From: Spizellomyces punctatus DAOM BR117
Lineage: Eukaryota
Assembly: GCA_000182565.2 (NCBI GenBank)
Contig: KQ257467.1
DNA length: 64,000 bases
Reading direction: 5' to 3' (one strand)
This document shows, piece by piece, positions 1 through 12,248 of the stretch (positions within the stretch are counted from its first letter, which is position 1; the number at the start of each line of letters is the position of its first letter). The notes under the pieces were generated by a model. The model saw nothing but the letters and a program-made list of their open reading frames with translations. It had not been told where the DNA came from and did no database searches. The translations under genes were made by a program, and so were the position numbers.

Positions 1-1316
1 TCATCAACATCCAATGCAGCAACATCACTATGCATCCTCTCTAGACTCGAATGCCCATATTTTGTCTCAATCCGCACCTCCTGTTCATTTCACCGCCTTG
101 CGCAACAAGCACGAAACACACCACGCCGGATCCAACTATTCGCAAAGCTACGCACGCCAATCACAGCAGCATAACCATTCTCAACACACGCAGCACCAAC
201 AACCACATCCAGAACCGCAACGTCCTCAATATCAGACCCACATGAGGCAGGAGAGCTCCTCGCATCCCGCGACTACTCAGCAGCCCCCTCTGCCCACGAC
301 TAAAACTAAAAAGGATTGGCGCTCAAAGAACACTGTCGACCCAGAAGTTCTCAAAACTCAAATCGAACAAATGCTTAATGCTCCTCCAGACCCTCCACCT
401 CAAGCCGATCGGGTACCGCCCCCGCAAAATCATAGAGGTTTCGGAGCCAGTGCAAGGCAATACAATATGGACGGTTCAGCATATGTGTCTGGTATGTAAT
501 GCCTTGACGTGCACGGTGCGATACAGATTCTCATATAACACTTTTTGTTTTCCAGAGTTTCGAAGAACCTGGCGGTGTCGATGGTGTTTATGCTCTGGGC
601 AGTACACACCCGCACTACGCAAGGGACCATTGGGTGCAAAGACGCTTTGTAACGCATGTGGCATGTGGTATAACCGTCACGGATATCTCCCAAAAGACCG
701 ATACCGCGAGCATGCCAACGATGATATGCACCTTGTGTCCTCGCCATCTAATGAACACCTTGCATCACAGCACCGGTCCTTGGGTGCATCGGTACCAGTT
801 AGCTCCTCCCTTGGTGGATATATGGAAGAGAGAGCTACTGTGGTCAAGGAGGAAGAGACGCATCCTTGGGTATACAACGAGTCTGTCACCACAGCAAGCA
901 GGATGGATACCAAAAGAGAACCTTCCCAGTTTCATTTGAATACTACCGCTGACATACCGCGTGAGGAGGTATCCCACCAAGAGTTTCTGCCTGCATCGTT
1001 GCCAACCAACAGCACCTTTATGATGCGGCACACCTCTCATCCGTCTCAGGACCAATCGAGTCATCAACGATTTCGTTCCGAGCAGCAAAAGCCCTACAAT
1101 TTCCGGCCTTTTCATCAAACATTTACACCATCCCCTCCATCAAGCGGATCGCCGCAGACACAACTGTCCTCTATAGAATTTGATATGGATCTTGATATAG
1201 ACCAGAACGCTCTCGGAACGACGAGTTCGATACCCACTGGGTTCTTTTACCAAGAATGGGACAATAGAATGGAAGACAAGGGGCATGGTTTGATAGACGT
1301 GTTTGCAGTGAGATGA
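1..1316 (+). CDS. GATA-type zinc-finger protein, 5'-truncated by the window edge (possibly the C-terminus of an Sfh1/SNF5-like chromatin-remodeller subunit)
   Basis: Q/H-rich frame open from the window start; intron 492-555 (GTATGT..TTCCAG) joins AYVS-E-FRRTWRCRWCLCSGQYTPALRKGPLGAKTLCNACGMWY, a C-x2-C-x20-C-x2-C GATA finger; stop at 1314-1316. Confidence 0.8.
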
Positions 1317-1831
1317 GCGGGTACACTTTTAGACGTTTTTTTTTGTGTAGATAGAGTTTTTGTTTACATTTGTCGTCGTCGTCTTTAGATCAGTATGTAG
1401 ATCGTCCATAGTCTTTAGAAATTTGAGAGAAAGAGCTGTAGGGCAGCCTTTCTTTTTTGCCTTGTATCTGTGTATCAATATATTTGAATGCAAACTTCAA
1501 AGATAAAAAGGTCAACCAGCCCATAACACACACAGAAAGGCCCAAAAGGCGGAACACTTCACACTCTTTTAGTCACCGTGCCGCTCTTGTTGCTATGGCA
1601 ATTGTGCACGAGTCGACTTCCATCCGGCGCGGGGGGGCGAAGGATAACGAAGGGTCGGGGGTACTTTGCTATTGTTTTTTGCCTAGCGGGTGATTTTTGG
1701 GAGATTTTATTCCTCGACTTTTTGTGGGGATACCATCTTGGTTTGGGCAACTTTTAACATTTCTATATTATCCCCTTTTTGTTTGCTTTTTTTTGGTTTC
1801 TGCATACACAATCATCACCGTATCGAAACTG

Positions 1832-4800
1832 ATGACCGAACCCACGCTGGGTATTGCTCCCCAAGCACACCATCCACCACAGCAAACCCAGGCACAACAG
1901 CATCAATCCCAACAGCAGCAGAGCTCCTCTTCTTCTCCCTTTCCTGTCACGCCGGCAGCTGCTCCGGCAGCCGGACCGGTCCCTTCCCGCGCGTCTAGCG
2001 CTAGCACGTCGCCTACGTCGGGGTCACACTCGAACGGTATGATGAATATTGGACTTGCGAACGGTGGAGACTCTGCGAGTCAGAGCTCGGATAGTTTGGC
2101 CAATTCTCGTGAAATGTATGTATGACTTGGTTTTATACAGTTTTTGGGAGGGGAGTTTGGAGGAATGGAATCTCGGCATGATTGCCCTTTTTTTTTGACA
2201 CACTGGCTGCTTTGAGTCTGGCAATGACGGGTCCCAATCAAGTGGATTTGGATCTCGATGGGGATTGGGAATGCTACGCATGGATATATCACACGAGATG
2301 TCTAAAGACTTCTTTTATTGCCCCTTATCACACTAGGTTGCACGTATACATACAGGATTATCTAGTAAAGAATGGATATAAGGACACTGCCCAACGATTT
2401 GCCATGGAAGCGCAAAACGACTTTCCATCAAATCGGTCTGTTCCAATTGACACCCCTCAAGGATTCTTGGTAGAATGGTGGACTGTTTTCTGGGATATTT
2501 TTGCGGCCCAGCATCCATCTTCGCGAGATGGAGATAAGCTAAAGACAGTTCCTTCGGACGAGGCTAGAATTTTTGCGCAGGTTCGTAGGGATTCGTTCGA
2601 GTTTTGGTGCTCCTGACGGTGGATCCAGTATTCCAACATTTGGCTGTATCGTTCCAGGCACAGAGAGAAAGAAGTGATCCACAGTATGCTCAGCGCATGG
2701 CTATCATGCGACAAGAGCTTGCACGCCAGCAACAAGCTGCTACTGCTCATCAAGAAAGTCAACAAGGAGCACCACTGAACGGCATCAATACCAGTTTAGA
2801 TACTGCCCGATCTCAAGCGGCCAATGCAGTTTCACCTCCCTCGGTTAATCCACTCAACCCTCATAGTAGTCCTGGTATGGTCATTTTGTCCCTCAAGGGC
2901 CCTCCAACAGGTCATTAACTTGATACATGGTTCTCAGCGCCACCTGCCTCGGATGTATCCCAACAATCACAAATCCCCGGACCATCTCCTCGGATGCCTC
3001 CTCATCCGTCCCCGTCCATTACAATACCACCAGGTTCTGGACGAATTCCTCCAACCCAAGCCTTTGCAGCACCGCAAACGTCACCACAGCAGGCCTTCAT
3101 TCACATTGCGAAACAAGTATTCCCAGGCCGCGACTTGAACACCTTGACAAAGCCTGAGCAAGAACAGGTTCACAGCATCATCCGGCAACGGTGCGTGAAT
3201 AATCTTTTTTATGAGATGATAGTGTTACAGTTGAATAACATTCGTGTCTCTTGTAGGTTTCACCGTCAACAGCAGGCGGTCCAACAACAACAGCAACAAC
3301 AGCAGCATGCATTGATGATGCAGCAGCATCAACAGCAGCAGCAGCAGCAGCAACAACAACAGCACCACCAACAACAATTGCTCCGGCAGCAACAACTCCA
3401 ACAGCAGCGGGCTGCTAACGGTATGAATCCGGTATTACCCGTAAGTGTTCCGACGGTTTGCAGTCAAACCCCCCGGTACAATTCTCATTTGCGCTCTACT
3501 TGCAAGGATGGCGATGTATCTCAACAAGCGCCACATCAAGGTGTCACAGATCTTAGTGGCATCACACCTATGGCAAAGCGTGCTCGTCATAATAGCTACA
3601 GTCCTGTCGTAGGTCCAGGACAGATTCCCCAGCAGGGCCTTCCGGCTCAAAGCCCCAATATCCCCCCTTCGCAGACGCAAGCAGGGATGCAGCAAAGTCC
3701 TGTCGTTCAGAACGGTGAGTCAACATAATATTGCGATCATTGGAAACCGCGGTATTCGATATCCGAGAGTCTGATGGTCGATATGTAGGTATGATGAATC
3801 CGCAGATTCAACAAGCCGCGTATGCGCAAATGTTGGCAGCGCGAGGCGATGTTCCATTAACGCCTCAGGTAAGCCCTCCGTCCCTCTGTTGGGAGATATA
3901 GGGCGGACGTTAACTCACGCTTCGTGAATGTAGCAGCAGCAGCAGTTGCATATGCAACGTCGCATGAGTGCGATGCAAGGAATGGCGCAGCCTGGAATGG
4001 GAGCTCAACTTTCACAATTGAGTCCACATGGCATGGGGATGAATCCTGCGGCCATGAGACATCCAGAAGGATTACAGAATGGGCAATCTGCTGAGGCCAT
4101 TATGCAGCAGAATCAAGCCAAGCAGGTAGACAATTGTGGAGAACGTTCGGAAATGAAACCTTTTGACTCATTCTCAATTTTGGTCATTTAGCAACAACAG
4201 CTTATGCTCCAGCAACAGCAACGGATCAACCAGTATCATCAGGCGGCTGCTCAATCCATTGTACAACGAAGTCCCCAAGTCGCCCAAGGACAAATACCTC
4301 CGACTACTGCGGGTTTGAAGCGGAAAGCCAGTGATATGGCACAGGAAAGCCCGATGCCGCATGGACAAGGCATGGTCACACCCACGTCCGCGCAGCAAGC
4401 GCAACTACAGGAGCGAATGATGCAACTTCAGCATGCACAAGCCGCGGCTGCCAGTATGGGAATGAACGTACCGCAAATGGGCGTCCACCCAAATGGTATG
4501 ATTCCGGGCCAGATGCCACAAGACCCGCGAACGGCGCAGGCGTTGCGACAACAGCAAGCGCAAATGATGCAAATGCAGCGATTGCGCATGGCACAGGAGC
4601 AACAGCAGCAGCAAGCTCAAGCACGAGCGGCGCAAGCTCATCAAGTGCAAGCACACGCTCTTGCTCAACAAGCACAAATGCAGCAAGCTCTTGCTCAAGC
4701 TCAACAAGCTCAACAGGCCCAACAAGCACAGCAGCAGGCGCTAGTGCAGCAAGCACAGCAGGCTCAAGCTCAGGCACAAGCTCAGGCACAGGCCCAAGCG

Positions 4801-6973
4801 CAGGCACAAGCTCAATCCCAGCAACAAGGTCAAGGTCAACCTGCTCCTCAAGGACAGGTTCAAGGAGCTGCCAATGCTGGCTACCGGACTCCAACTTCGC
4901 GTCCTGGACCTGGTATGGTTCAACAGCATGCAAAGGTATGTATCGGCTACTTTCAAGGTTGGCAAAAGAGTGCTTACATTGAGTATTGCAATCCCATAGA
5001 TGGCAACACCAGGCGTTCCCACATCAGTTACAGATGGCGCAATGTCTGGTCCCCCTGCAAAGCCGCCGACTCCGGCCCCAGTACCAGGATCAGCTGCACC
5101 GACGGCCCAAAAGTTTGCAGTCCCACAAAGCATGATGCCCTCAGCTTCGTCGGTAACGGCAATGGACGCGCAATCTGTCTTGGCCGGCTCGTCCCAGCCG
5201 CCCAGCACTGATTTGGCACTACCGACGACTGAAACGGACGATTTTGATTTAGAAAAGATGCTTGGAGAAGACTCTTTGCAGGATTGGATAAATAACTCTA
5301 GCGTCATGCCCGGCGGCGATACAGGTGATCCTTTCGATAGCCTGCAGGATTTTTTCATGGGCTCAGCCCCTGAAGGGCTGAGCCATCCTGACAGCAACAC
5401 CAACCAGTCGGGAAACGGGGTGGGGACTAGCGGCCAAGCAGAATCTTCCAGCGCCGAAGGTTCCGATGGCGCCGTCGATCGTGACGGTGCCCCGGCTAGT
5501 CTCCAAACGTCCGTAAAGGCGCAAAGTTCAGTAAGCGGGAGTAACTCGACAAGTGTCACCCGCCTGAACCAGAATATACCATTGCACGAGGGATATTTAA
5601 AGCCGCTCGCCAATCTGAGCGGGCACAACGACAAGGTGATGACATGCGCGTTTCAACCGTCTGGAACGATGATGGCATCTGCTGGGCGTGATCTAAAAGT
5701 TCTTGTCTGGCATGTGGCACCCACTGAGAATGGTGTGACCGATGGGAATAGCCTTGGCGAGCCAATGAAAATTGCGCAATTGGATGGGCACACTGCTCAG
5801 GTTACCAATGCCAGGTTTATGAGTTTGGCAAAGATTTGTGGACCAGAGGCCAAATCGATTGTCCCGGATGATATCCCAGTGTTACTGGCGACGAGCAGCG
5901 CAGACAGTACTGTTCGAGTATGGGATCTGACTCAAATCAAGGATAAAAAGAGCGAGGATGGGACTGGGGTTGCGGAATTGGTGATGACGTTTACCGGCCA
6001 CCAGCGACAATTGACGAGTGTGGATTTTTGTCCGGTGGCGGCTGCCCCTGTAGGTGGAGTGGCGGGGAATAAAAAGCTCATGATGTGGGCTGCTAGCTTG
6101 GATGCGGAAGGTAATATTTGTGTTTGGGAGGTTTGGACGGGCAAGGTTGTCAAAACTTTTGAGTTGGTATGTTGCTGTGGTCTTTTTGATGAAATTGGAA
6201 TGAATAATGCTCATTGAAAATTTTTTATCATTCAGCCAACGGCGGGGAAAGCATCAAAATATTCCGCCTACAATCCGCTGCGGTTCCGGCATAACCCAGG
6301 TCAGAACTCAAATCCCATCTTGGCAGCCGCATTCGGGACGTCCATCTACTGCGTGGAACTTCCCATGTCAGATACCGCAGGGATGGCTGGCCAACACAAA
6401 CTACATACACTCGAGACACCCCATCAAAAGAACATTATTAGCCTCGACTGGAGCGTCGATGGCAATTGGCTGGTAACAGCCTCAGAGGACAAGATTGTTC
6501 TCTGGGACGCACGAAGTAGCGGGGCCATCAATATGGGCATGGTTGTTGGGGCCGTGAAAGTCGAACCCTTCCGCCTCTTTTCGCAGATTCCGACTCAAAG
6601 CGGCAAAATCTCCAGCTGCGGCTTCATCCAAACCCCCTTATCAACTCCCACTGCCGCTTCACCTACTAGTACCAACCATACCCACCATTTATCCGACATG
6701 CCACCGTCAACACCCCGAACAAACCCTCTCACCCTGCCACCACGCGTGGTGTTTGGAGAGTACGAAACAATCTACGTATGGGACGCCCCTGGCGATGTCT
6801 CTACCGGCGGTGGTCGGGCGTGGCATGGAGGTGGTCTCAAGGTCGTTGCCCTAAAGAGCTGTCAAGCGGGTGTGGTCAGCTGCGTTGCTAGTGGACGGTG
6901 GGGAGACTTTTGTGTGCTTGCTAGCGGAAGTCAGAGCAAGGAAGCCAATTTGAAGGTTTGGAGAGTTGGATAG
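1832..6973 (+). CDS. LEUNIG-like transcriptional corepressor: LisH/LUFS domain, Q-rich middle, C-terminal WD40 repeats (multi-exon)
   Basis: ATG 1832; intron 2116-2336 creates [28 protein letters not shown]...[19 protein letters not shown] (LUFS); polyQ and QA tracts; WD40 repeats such as [55 protein letters not shown] and [28 protein letters not shown] 6971-6973. Confidence 0.88.
3266..3410 (+). repeat. CAG/CAA polyglutamine tract (coding)
   Basis: Imperfect (CAR)n run encoding QQQ..HQQQQ within the LEUNIG-like gene. Confidence 0.9.
4600..4830 (+). repeat. Gln-Ala repeat (coding)
   Basis: CAGGCACAAGCT-type units encoding [15 protein letters not shown]. Confidence 0.85.
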
Positions 6974-6999
6974 AAAACAAGTGTGGTGCGCGGCTTTTG

Positions 7000-7780
7000 T
7001 TACCCATTTTTTTTTTTGCTCTACGGACTTTAGTCTGGTTGTACAAGGAGCATGGACGGAGCGAGTTATTTAGCACAATTGATGATGTGGGGGGGAACTC
7101 TGTTACCGACCTTGCCCTCTCCGAACCCTTTTATTTTCATTGATTCTTTTTTTTTTTGTCATGGACATTTTCCAAAGAAGTTGTGGTTTTTTTTCAATTA
7201 TTTTTTCAAATGTATCGGTTTATTGTTTTTGTTTTTTGTTATTGCTGGGGGTTTTGGAGTAGTAGTATTTTTTCTTTTTTTTTTGGTTTATTAAAATATC
7301 AAAAAGTTTTATTTTCTTTTTTTAAAATGTGGGTGTTTTGTGTGTTGCATCCTTTTTTTCTTTTTTTCTATTCTGTATATATTTTCTGTTTGTGGATCGT
7401 ATCTTGCATTTTTTTGTTGGTTTTCGTGATATTTCTATCTACGGGCTTCACAGAATAGGGTTTTAGATGGCGCCAGTTCAGATTATTGCAGCAGTAGGAG
7501 TGTTGAGGGGTACATTTAACAATGATACGTAAGCTTGTTTTGTTTCTGAAGGGGCGGTATGAGCAAGTGCCTTTTGTTAAAAAAGGAGTTGTGAATCAAG
7601 ATAAGGTCAAACTTTCCTTTTTTTTTGGATGAAAGTCGGTTGTCATAAAACATTGGAAGATACGGGACAAAAGCGATGGGCACTCACAAAAACAAGAAGC
7701 AAAGAAGAAAAACAGATATAATCATAAACAAATCAAAAAAAAACTGCTATGGTACAAAAAAGAAAAAGAACATTGCTTTG
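7000..7780. repeat. Low-complexity T-rich then A-rich intergenic region between convergent genes (overlapping 3' UTR/terminator zone)
   Basis: Dense poly-T runs 7130-7430 and poly-A runs 7680-7770 between stop codons at 6973 (+) and 7789 (-). Confidence 0.6.
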
Positions 7781-7788
7781 CCCCCATT

Positions 7789-10700
7789 CTACCCGACTGC
7801 ACCCAACTTGTGTGCCCCACCCGCACCCCCCAACTTGATCAAAGCACTCTCATACTCTTTTTTAAAAGGTCCAAAGCGTGCAACCAAACAATGATAATTA
7901 TGTCTCAAATGGGGTGGGATCATGGTTAATGTCAAGCAATCGGGGGACGGAAGGCGAGGTGGTGGTGGAAGAGAAGAATCAGTTGGATCAAATTGCATAG
8001 AATGACGAACCAGTTCTCCTTGAAGGACTTGAAGGTACTCTTCGGCTTTCATGACACCGAATCGTTTTTCTAGTGCTTCGCGGCCACCGGGTCCTCGGGT
8101 ATCATTTGAACCTTCTTCTTCGACGTGGGTGGTGGTGTTGGTATAGGGGTGGGTATCTTTTAGGCGTTCACGGCCTTTACGTTGTCCCATGATGATGTGT
8201 TCGAGGTGGGTGGGGTGGGAGGTACGTACTTCTTGGAGGTGTTCGCGTTCAACGCGGTCCATGATGAGAGCAAATGTTCGCATGGTGATACCGGTGGGGT
8301 TAAGGTCGTTTGAGCTGGCGTAGGACCATAAGAGTGTGCCGTGGTGGGTGTTCCATTCTCCGAGAATAAATGCGACCATGGTTCGGTCGTTTTCGAGTGG
8401 TGGTGTTGTAGAAGGGTTTTCGTGAGGGGAGGAGCCTTCGGTGCTTCCGTCGGCGCTGTTGGCTCGAGATGGACGTTTGGTTTTATGTCGACGGGGTTTG
8501 GATGCTGCAATGTATGCGCAAGCTAGGTATCGTCTCACGTGTCCTTGCTCGGTCTCGGCGGCGGGTGGGGTCGCAGAGGGTGTACTGGATGGCCATTCGG
8601 TGCGTCCGACAATGCGTTCGCAAACTTCTTCCCAGAGTTGACTTCTTTTCATTAGTTTCTCCCAACTCCCAATGTCCTCTACTTGCTCCATGTATCGAGG
8701 GGTGGCTAGTACAACCAGCTTTCCTTCGACATAAAGTCCTTTGACATTTTTGAGAATGCTGTCGACCGTTGATTTGGGATGCTGGTCAAGCAGCTCATCA
8801 GGGACGCGCCAAATGTCGAATTCAAATGGTCCATTGCCGAGACGAATGTGGGGGAGGAGGCAGGTTTTGCGGCTGGATGCAAACAGTTGTATCGGGCGCC
8901 ACTTGCCAGTTCGATGTTTATTTCCTCCTCCGCATTCGGTGCAAAAGGCGTACTTTGCCGTGCATGCTATAGAAAATATTAAAACATGATTTTAACCTCA
9001 ACGGAATGCTAGCAGGAAAAGTTCTTTTGTTTGTGGTGTGGATAAACAGAAATAAAACATACCTGGACAAATGTACTCTGTGCCAAAAGCAGGTTCAATC
9101 CACTGTCCACGGACAGACACTGTATGTTCAGAGCCATTGACTGTCGTCTTTGTCACCGGCACACCAATCTCATCACCCACTAATCGCATTCCCCCGACTC
9201 CAATATCATTTTTACAAACTTCGCAGTGGATAACGCGTTCCCTAGGATTTCGCCAGACCCTTTTACGCCTATTTTTAAGAGCAGGCTCGTCGGGCGCGGC
9301 ACCCCTTTTGGCCGCACATGGTAAACAGACGACATCAGATGCGTATGTAGCTGCTAGTTGATGTTCGCGCCCAAATATATGGGCACGGGCAATGTTCACG
9401 GAGCATTGAGTGCACAGCACTTCTTCCTCTAGGAACATACGCCTTTTGCATTGGGATGATTTCAACAATGTAGCTTTACGTGGGTATATGTGAACTGTAC
9501 GAGAGCCGGACGATGCAGACGGCGACGTCTCCGTAATGTCCTTGCTTGCAATATTGCTTGTTGGGACAGTCTCCCGCGGAGAGTGTGACTTCCCGAGGGA
9601 TGGTGTGACATGCGAATGTTTACGCACGTGAGGCGGTGACTCATCGGACCTTACCCTCCGAACGTTAATTTCTTGTGGTTCCGACTCAGCCAGGAACTCA
9701 ACAACATCCTTTCCAACAGCTGAGCCAGGACTATCGTCCATGCGAAGGGATTTCAATGTGCATTCACTCTGCTGAGAGGTTGGTGAGTGTACCAGCGGAT
9801 CATCTACATCGATCTCCGAGTTCGCGCGACTAGAGCGGTCTCCGCCTTTTGGGGAATAGTTGACATCCAACCACGACATGGCTCGTTCAATTTCGTGCAG
9901 GGGCTTTGGCGCATTACTAGCATCCCATCGACTTGTCGCTGACTGCTTCAACAAATGAAATTTTGAGTTGGAATTGGGCATCAGTCCAGGTTATATATAT
10001 GATGTTGTACAAAGCGTATTTCTTTGCAGCAGCGAGCATGTACATGTAGACACATTCGGCAAGATTGGTTACATACCTGGCCAGTGGTCCGAGGTACATC
10101 AAAGTCCATGATACACGGCGCGGATGCCACAGCTTGTGACTCCGTCGCAGCTGTTGTCACAGTGTCGTTGATGAAAGCAAGGTACTCTCCCACTTCATCC
10201 ATCACCTGCCGACAGGATGATTCAAGACCCAGTCTTTGAGGCCCGTGAAGCGTTGGATCCACAAGATTGTCCAGAACAGCTGTATCCTCTTGATCAGCAG
10301 CGTATTGAGATCCCATTGTGTCCAATACGGCGCCATTGGATGGTCGAGGTGACGAGAAGGCGGCAGGTCTATTGTAGGTGGTTTGCGGCCAATATGGTAC
10401 GGACGATGGAGTCCAGGTGCCCAAAGATTGCCATGGCGCATGATAAGGTTTGTCGAATTGAAAGTGCGGGAAGGTACTGGTGACCGTGTTACTGACAGGT
10501 GTATATGATGGTTGATGCGTTTGTTGCGATGGGTTAAATTCGGATGAATGATGCGAGTGGAGATGTGGTGGATGGCTGGACAGCGGTCGTATGGACGGAG
10601 CGTATGGCGGTGCAGTGTCCGTATCTTCAGGAAAGTAAAAACGCATAGCATGGGCAAGAAACAGAGAGAAACCAAAGAATCAGTTAGCCTTTTAACCATC

Positions 10701-11337
10701 AATGACAGAGAAAACGGATGGCTGCAAAAGGCCCTTGGTGAAATACCAACAAAAAAAAAAAAAAAAAAAAGATGAATGACTACGTACAATGCGGCGGAGG
10801 AAAGCCCCTTGGCGGTCCAGGAGACTGCCGAGCACCATCATACGATAAAGCTGACACATTTACATAGCGAAGACTGGGCGAATCTGGTCCAACAGAGTAC
10901 TGCCCGGAAGCAGAACTGCGGTCTGCCATCAGATCGTAAAGATCGGCAGAGTATACGTTGGAGGGAACAGATATGAACGGTGCCATATAGCGCATTGTAA
11001 AAGCATCTCCGTGATCATGAAGCGCAGGATTTCCAGCGATCCTACTCTGATCCACTTGAGAAACACTGCTGCTCGAGTCCACACGATGGCTTTCCGCTGA
11101 TATCTCACGATGTGTAGATTGTGTTCCTTGCGGATATACCTCGTCCCAATCTGGGCCGTACGGAACCCATTCTCCAAGCGATCCAGTCAACATGTTGGCC
11201 TCCGTTGTTGCTTCCGTCGTCGTTGCCGCGGTACTGCTCCTTCCGATGTTGTCGTCGTTGTTGAACGTCACCAAATAAGGTTGTGAATACATCGGAGGGC
11301 CCTGGCTGCACGTGTCCTCGCCTTTGAACCCAGGCAT
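7789..11337 (-). CDS. Uncharacterised multi-CxxC zinc-binding protein with GNAT-like C-terminal domain (paralog A, about 1051 aa)
   Basis: Exons 11337-10788, 10624-10077, 9942-9063 and 8966-7789 join in phase via GT..AG introns (3156 nt); motifs CTQC, CLPC, RRKR, CEVC, CPAC, FCTECGGGNKHRTGKWRPIQLF, TCLLPHIRLG; clearly paralogous to 37084-39629. Confidence 0.78.
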
Positions 11338-12174
11338 TTTTCCTACTCACTCTATTCCTTTCTTGCCGCCCTCCGCCCCGTCGTCGTCGTCGTTGTCGTC
11401 GTCGTCAAAAGTTCGTAAATCCAAAAGTTTAAACCAACAAAAACTCAAAACTAGGTAAAAATAAAACGTGAAAATGGGCAAGGCTTTGTAATAAGTGCGA
11501 CAAAAGGGCAAAGCGTTCTCCAAACATGCGATCTATGTGGCACAGTCACAATAGCGAGTCTAGAGCGTAGAGTCAACGGGACTTTCTTCTCCCCGTTGTG
11601 GCGGAAACGATAAACAACAGTATTTTGTTGATGACGAAGCAAATCCTTTTTTTAGATATTTTTATAATGTTGGGATACTTTAAAAGGGCTGTAGCGTTTG
11701 CTGACCCGATTTTAGGTTTTTGTTTGGGGGAGATTTGCAAGTGTTGCTTTCTGTGCCATAAGTGTGAGGGTGTGCTTTTTGGGCGGGGTGTGCAATGTGG
11801 TGGTTGTGTGCAATGTGGGTGTGTTCAGCCAAAGATGGCGGGGGCGAGAAACGCCCAAAATCCAAGGTACCGCGTTCTACCACGGTATTTGAAGTGTTAT
11901 TCCCGCCCATTGAAAACTAAAATGGGCCAGAACGGGCTTTCTTTTTCATGTGCAGATGCAGGTTGCGGGTCATCTGTAAAAGTCCGCTAAACGGCATCAC
12001 ATGGGCAATTGTTGAGTGGGCTTCAAGTCCGACCACGAAGAAATTCCATCTCCCCATTTTAGACCCTGGTTTATCTCAGCAAGAAGGGCACTGGGCGATT
12101 CGTCGATTCGTAACAAGCATTGTGCTTAATCTTAGTCAGACATTGATACATGAAGCGTGCGCATGTTATTCAAT

Positions 12175-12248
12175 GGTCTCGTGGTGTAGTTGGTTATCAC
12201 ATCAGTCTAACACACTGAAGGTCTCCAGTTCGAACCTGGACGAGACCA
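12175..12248 (+). tRNA. tRNA-Val (anticodon AAC)
   Basis: GGTCTCG/CGAGACC acceptor stem, TCAGT-CTAACAC-ACTGA anticodon arm, GTTCGAAC T-loop, followed by a T-run (Pol III terminator). Confidence 0.96.

Noticed and set aside
2182-2336. In-frame ORF extension inside intron 1 ([20 protein letters not shown]) as an alternative LUFS N-terminus
   Set aside because: Canonical GTATGT..CACTAG splicing from exon 1 restores a better LisH start (REMLHVY); nothing supports an internal start.
4376-5634. Long minus-strand ORFs (185, 106 and 297 aa)
   Set aside because: Antisense shadows of the Q/A-rich and Ser-rich exons of the LEUNIG-like gene.
7052-7458. Phe-rich ORFs resembling membrane proteins
   Set aside because: Artefacts of poly-T low-complexity 3' UTR sequence.
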